Shown here: piece after piece, positions 34,190 to 36,487 of the stretch | Layout of the letters: each line of letters starts with the position of its first letter | How positions within the stretch are numbered: the stretch's first letter is position 1 | Assembly (NCBI GenBank): GCA_964441005.1 | Contig: CAYTTW010000001.1 | Coordinates: 1 to 36,487, forward strand | Reading direction: 5' to 3' | Source of the DNA: an uncultured Candidatus Saccharibacteria bacterium | Lineage (GTDB): Bacteria > Patescibacteriota > Saccharimonadia > Saccharimonadales > CAYTTW01 | Length of the DNA stretch: 36,487 bases | The notes under the pieces: generated by a model | Seen by the model: only the letters and a program-made list of their open reading frames with translations | Told to the model about the DNA's origin: nothing | Databases searched by the model: none | Made by a program: the position numbers and the translations under genes

Positions 34190-35827
34190 ATGAGTAAAAT
34201 TGCACATTATTTACAAGAGCATCTCGCCGGCGAAGTAATGACCAATATGGAGGTGCGCCGCCATTTTGCCACCGACAGCAGTATCTTTAGCATCACGCCA
34301 TCAGTCATTGTCTACCCCAGAAGCGAAAGCGATATTCGTAAAACCGCGCGCTTTACGTGGCAATTAGCGGAACGGGGTCGCCGCGTACCGATTACCTCCC
34401 GCGGCCTCGGCACGGATCAAAGTGGCGGGGCAATTGGCACTGGCATTGTGATGGTTTTTCCGGCACACATGAATCGGATTATTGAGTTTGATGGCAAGGC
34501 CGGGGTCGTGACCGTGGAGCCTGGCATCAACTACGGCAAACTGCAACAGACCTTGCATACCTACGGTCGTTTTTTGCCACCGTACCCTGCGTCCATTGAG
34601 TACAGCACGCTTGGTGGTGCCATTGCCAATAACGCCAGTGGTGAAAAATCGGTCAAGTACGGCGATACCGCTAAGTTTGTACGCAGCATGCGGGTGGTGC
34701 TAGCTAATGGGGAAGTAATCGAGACCGGGCGCCTCAGTAAGCGCGAGGTCAACAAAAAGCTTGGCTTATCAACGTTTGAAGGTGAGGTGTACCGCGCCAT
34801 TGACACGCTTCTCGAAGAGCAGCACGAGATAATTGATAAAGTCCGTCCGCCAGTAAGCAAGAACACAGCTGGCTATAACCTATGGGATGTCCGGCACAAG
34901 GATGGCTCGCTCGATCTCACACCGTTGTTCATTGGGTCCCAAGGCACCCTCGGCATTATTACCGAGGCCACGCTCGAGACCGAAGCCTACAACCCGGAGA
35001 CTACTGTCATTGCCGCCTTTGTGGATACTACAGAGGTGGCCGAACAAATTTTGGCCGACATCCGCAGCTTCCCAAGCCAGCCCAGTGCCATTGAAATAGT
35101 CAATGATAAGCTCCTGAACTTTATTGATGAGCAAAATCCGAATTTACTTCAGGGAGTTGTCAGTAAGCCGTTTCCCAAACTTGTCATGTTGATCGAGTTC
35201 GATGATCTCAATGGCCGGCAACAAAAGAAACTAGTAAAAAAGACCGAGAAGCTGCTCTCGAAGGTTGAGGTGACGTTCCGCACTGAGACCGAAGACCAAC
35301 TCAAGGATCAGCTTTGGAAAATCCGTCACAGTGTCTCGTGGCTGCTCACCCACTCTGAAGGCCAGGCCAAGCCCGTACCAATTATTGAAGACGGCATCGT
35401 GCCCGTGGAGCAGTTTGGCGAATTCATCAAGCGCATGGAAGAACTATTTGAAAAGCATAAATTACCGGGTGTCATGTGGGGGCACGCCGGCGAGGCCCAT
35501 CTCCACACCCGGCCCTTGCTCGACCTCAGCCAGGTTGGTGACCGCCAGAAGGTTTTTAAGCTTATGGATGAATACTACACGCTGGTCATGGGCCTGGGCG
35601 GCAGTATGAGCGGCAGCCACAACGATGGGCGGTTGCGAGCGCCGTATCTCTCGCGGCTCTACGGCGAACCGGTCTATGAACTCTTCGTAAGGGTCAAGCA
35701 AATTTTTGATCCGCACAGCATCCTCAATCCCGGCGTTAAGGTTAATGTTGGACTCGATGACATCAAACCCTTGCTCCGCCAGGAGTACTCCTTGAAGCAT
35801 TTATTTGATTACTTACCAAGGACGTAA
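34190..35827 (+). CDS. FAD-binding oxidoreductase (FAD_binding_4 / GlcD-D-lactate dehydrogenase-like)
   Basis: PCMH-type FAD-binding domain (VIVYPRSESDI.., ITSRGLGTDQSGGAIG, GINYGKLQ, GGAIANNASGEKS) plus a C-terminal FAD-oxidase domain (HAGEAHLH, NPGVK). Confidence 0.85.
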   Translation: MSKIAHYLQEHLAGEVMTNMEVRRHFATDSSIFSITPSVIVYPRSESDIRKTARFTWQLAERGRRVPITSRGLGTDQSGGAIGTGIVMVFPAHMNRIIEFDGKAGVVTVEPGINYGKLQQTLHTYGRFLPPYPASIEYSTLGGAIANNASGEKSVKYGDTAKFVRSMRVVLANGEVIETGRLSKREVNKKLGLSTFEGEVYRAIDTLLEEQHEIIDKVRPPVSKNTAGYNLWDVRHKDGSLDLTPLFIGSQGTLGIITEATLETEAYNPETTVIAAFVDTTEVAEQILADIRSFPSQPSAIEIVNDKLLNFIDEQNPNLLQGVVSKPFPKLVMLIEFDDLNGRQQKKLVKKTEKLLSKVEVTFRTETEDQLKDQLWKIRHSVSWLLTHSEGQAKPVPIIEDGIVPVEQFGEFIKRMEELFEKHKLPGVMWGHAGEAHLHTRPLLDLSQVGDRQKVFKLMDEYYTLVMGLGGSMSGSHNDGRLRAPYLSRLYGEPVYELFVRVKQIFDPHSILNPGVKVNVGLDDIKPLLRQEYSLKHLFDYLPRT

Positions 35828-35829
35828 CC

Positions 35830-36111
35830 ATGATTCACATTTCCATTTACGACCTGATGGGCTTTATCGGCGCCTTTTTGATTCTCTTTGGGTTTTACCG
35901 CACCAGCATCGGGCGCTGGTCCAATAAGTCGGTGTTGTACGAGTTCGATAACTTGCTTGGGGCCATGTTCCTGGTGGTGTATCAGTTACACGTTGGCGCC
36001 TACATTAGTGTGATCCTCAATATTATCTGGGCGATTGTAGCGCTGCGGGGGATTACGTCACTTGCCGAACGCTATCAGTGGCGCGGCTTTGGTTTCAAAA
36101 AACGCCGCTAA
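35830..36111 (+). CDS. Small three-helix membrane protein (93 aa; resembles the CBU_0592-type family from memory)
   Basis: AAGGA lies 7 nt upstream, overlapping the end of the previous gene. There are three hydrophobic helices and a basic C-terminal tail. The family assignment is from recollection only. Confidence 0.7.
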   Translation: MIHISIYDLMGFIGAFLILFGFYRTSIGRWSNKSVLYEFDNLLGAMFLVVYQLHVGAYISVILNIIWAIVALRGITSLAERYQWRGFGFKKRR

Positions 36112-36113
36112 CC

Positions 36114-36142
36114 TTGAGTTTTTACTGCAAAAATCTTAAGAT
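36114..36142 (+). promoter_or_regulatory. Candidate promoter for the tRNA-Leu(GAG)/tRNA-Val unit
   Basis: TTGAGT (36114-36119), 17-nt spacer, TAAGAT (36137-36142), about 24 nt upstream of the tRNA 5' end. Confidence 0.45.
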
Positions 36143-36165
36143 GATGAAGCTATTTAAGCTTGTTC

Positions 36166-36249
36166 GCGCGAGTGGTGGAATGGTAGACACGTTGGTCTGA
36201 GGGACCAATGCCGCAAGGCGTGGAGGTTCAAGTCCTCTCTCGCGCACCA
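36166..36249 (+). tRNA. tRNA-Leu (anticodon GAG), CCA encoded
   Basis: Acceptor GCGCGAG/CTCGCGC. Anticodon arm TTGGT-CTGAGGG-ACCAA. Long variable arm (TGCCGCAAGGCGT). T-arm GGAGG-TTCAAGT-CCTCT. Terminal ACCA. Confidence 0.93.
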
Positions 36250-36268
36250 CGTCGGAACACCTTCCAGC

Positions 36269-36368
36269 CCTACCCGAAATTTTGGCAATCATGTGGCCAA
36301 AATTTGGTAGGACCTCGCAAGGTTCCTCCTTTCTGAAACTTAAACAGCACGCTTGGTTTAAGTTTCAG
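36269..36368 (+). other. Two strong hairpins in the tRNA-Leu/tRNA-Val spacer
   Basis: Hairpin A (36269-36311): CCTACC-(CG bulge)-AAATTTTGGC / GCCAAAATTT-GGTAGG, 16 bp, 9-nt loop. Hairpin B (36333-36368): CTGAAACTTAAAC / GTTTAAGTTTCAG, 13 bp perfect, 10-nt loop. Confidence 0.6.
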
Positions 36369-36378
36369 GGGAAAATGT

Positions 36379-36455
36379 GGGCGATTAGCTCAGTTGGCTA
36401 GAGCACCTCGTTTACATTAAGGGGGTCGTAGGTTCGAGTCCTTCATCGCCCACCA
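36379..36455 (+). tRNA. tRNA-Val (anticodon TAC), CCA encoded, with two stem mismatches
   Basis: Acceptor GGGCGAT/ATCGCCC. D-arm GCTC-AGTTGGCTA-GAGC. Anticodon loop TTTACAT. T-loop TTCGAGT. The anticodon stem CCTCG/TAAGG has a C-A mismatch and a G-T pair. The T-stem GTAGG/CCTTC has a T-T mismatch. Confidence 0.75.
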
Positions 36456-36487
36456 GTATAGAACACACATTCGGCTGGAACAGAGGT

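Noticed and set aside
1-36487. CRISPR arrays, rRNA genes, IS elements, diversity-generating retroelements, retrons
   Set aside because: I saw no regularly spaced direct repeats, no rRNA-like sequence, no transposase, integrase or reverse-transcriptase ORFs, and no long template/variable repeat pair. Absence is judged by eye only.

Overview
The window looks like chromosomal DNA from a compact-genome, monoderm-type bacterium. Patescibacteria/Saccharibacteria is possible, but that is inference from gene content and style only. Coding density is high, intergenic regions are short, and many starts and stops are coupled.

The recognisable housekeeping backbone, in order, is:
- mltG-like (5' partial)
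- LysM-LysM-CHAP wall hydrolase
- obg
- sbcB
- uvrA
- DedA-family protein
- rplY (L25/Ctc)
- MsbA-type ABC exporter
- trhO
- [island, described below]
- uvrC
- M24B Xaa-Pro aminopeptidase
- holin-4-family membrane protein
- secG
- orphan family-5 solute-binding protein
- tRNA-Leu(CAG)
- FAD-linked oxidase
- small membrane protein
- tRNA-Leu(GAG)
- tRNA-Val(UAC)

The most interesting part is 13.4-28.4 kb, between trhO and uvrC. It holds 11 ORFs in four tightly coupled transcription units, and 8 of them are predicted to be membrane-anchored or extracytoplasmic. The only recognisable domains are peptidoglycan-related: a LysM-like module, a divergent class-A PBP, and a proline-rich 884-aa protein carrying an NlpC/P60-like and a lysozyme-like module. 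The island also contains two distant tandem paralogues with conserved cysteines. Three large acidic proteins have no enzymatic or nucleotide-binding motif I can recognise; two look soluble and one may have a single TM segment. I treat this as a candidate uncharacterised cell-envelope or cell-contact module. Its function is not established by anything visible here.

Other observations:
- several promoters sit so close to start codons that leaderless or near-leaderless mRNAs are implied
- a triple direct repeat overlies a consensus promoter inside the island
- a ~140-nt structured leader precedes the LysM-CHAP gene
- strong hairpins lie in a tRNA spacer

I saw no rRNA, CRISPR array, transposase, integrase, reverse transcriptase or obvious prophage block.
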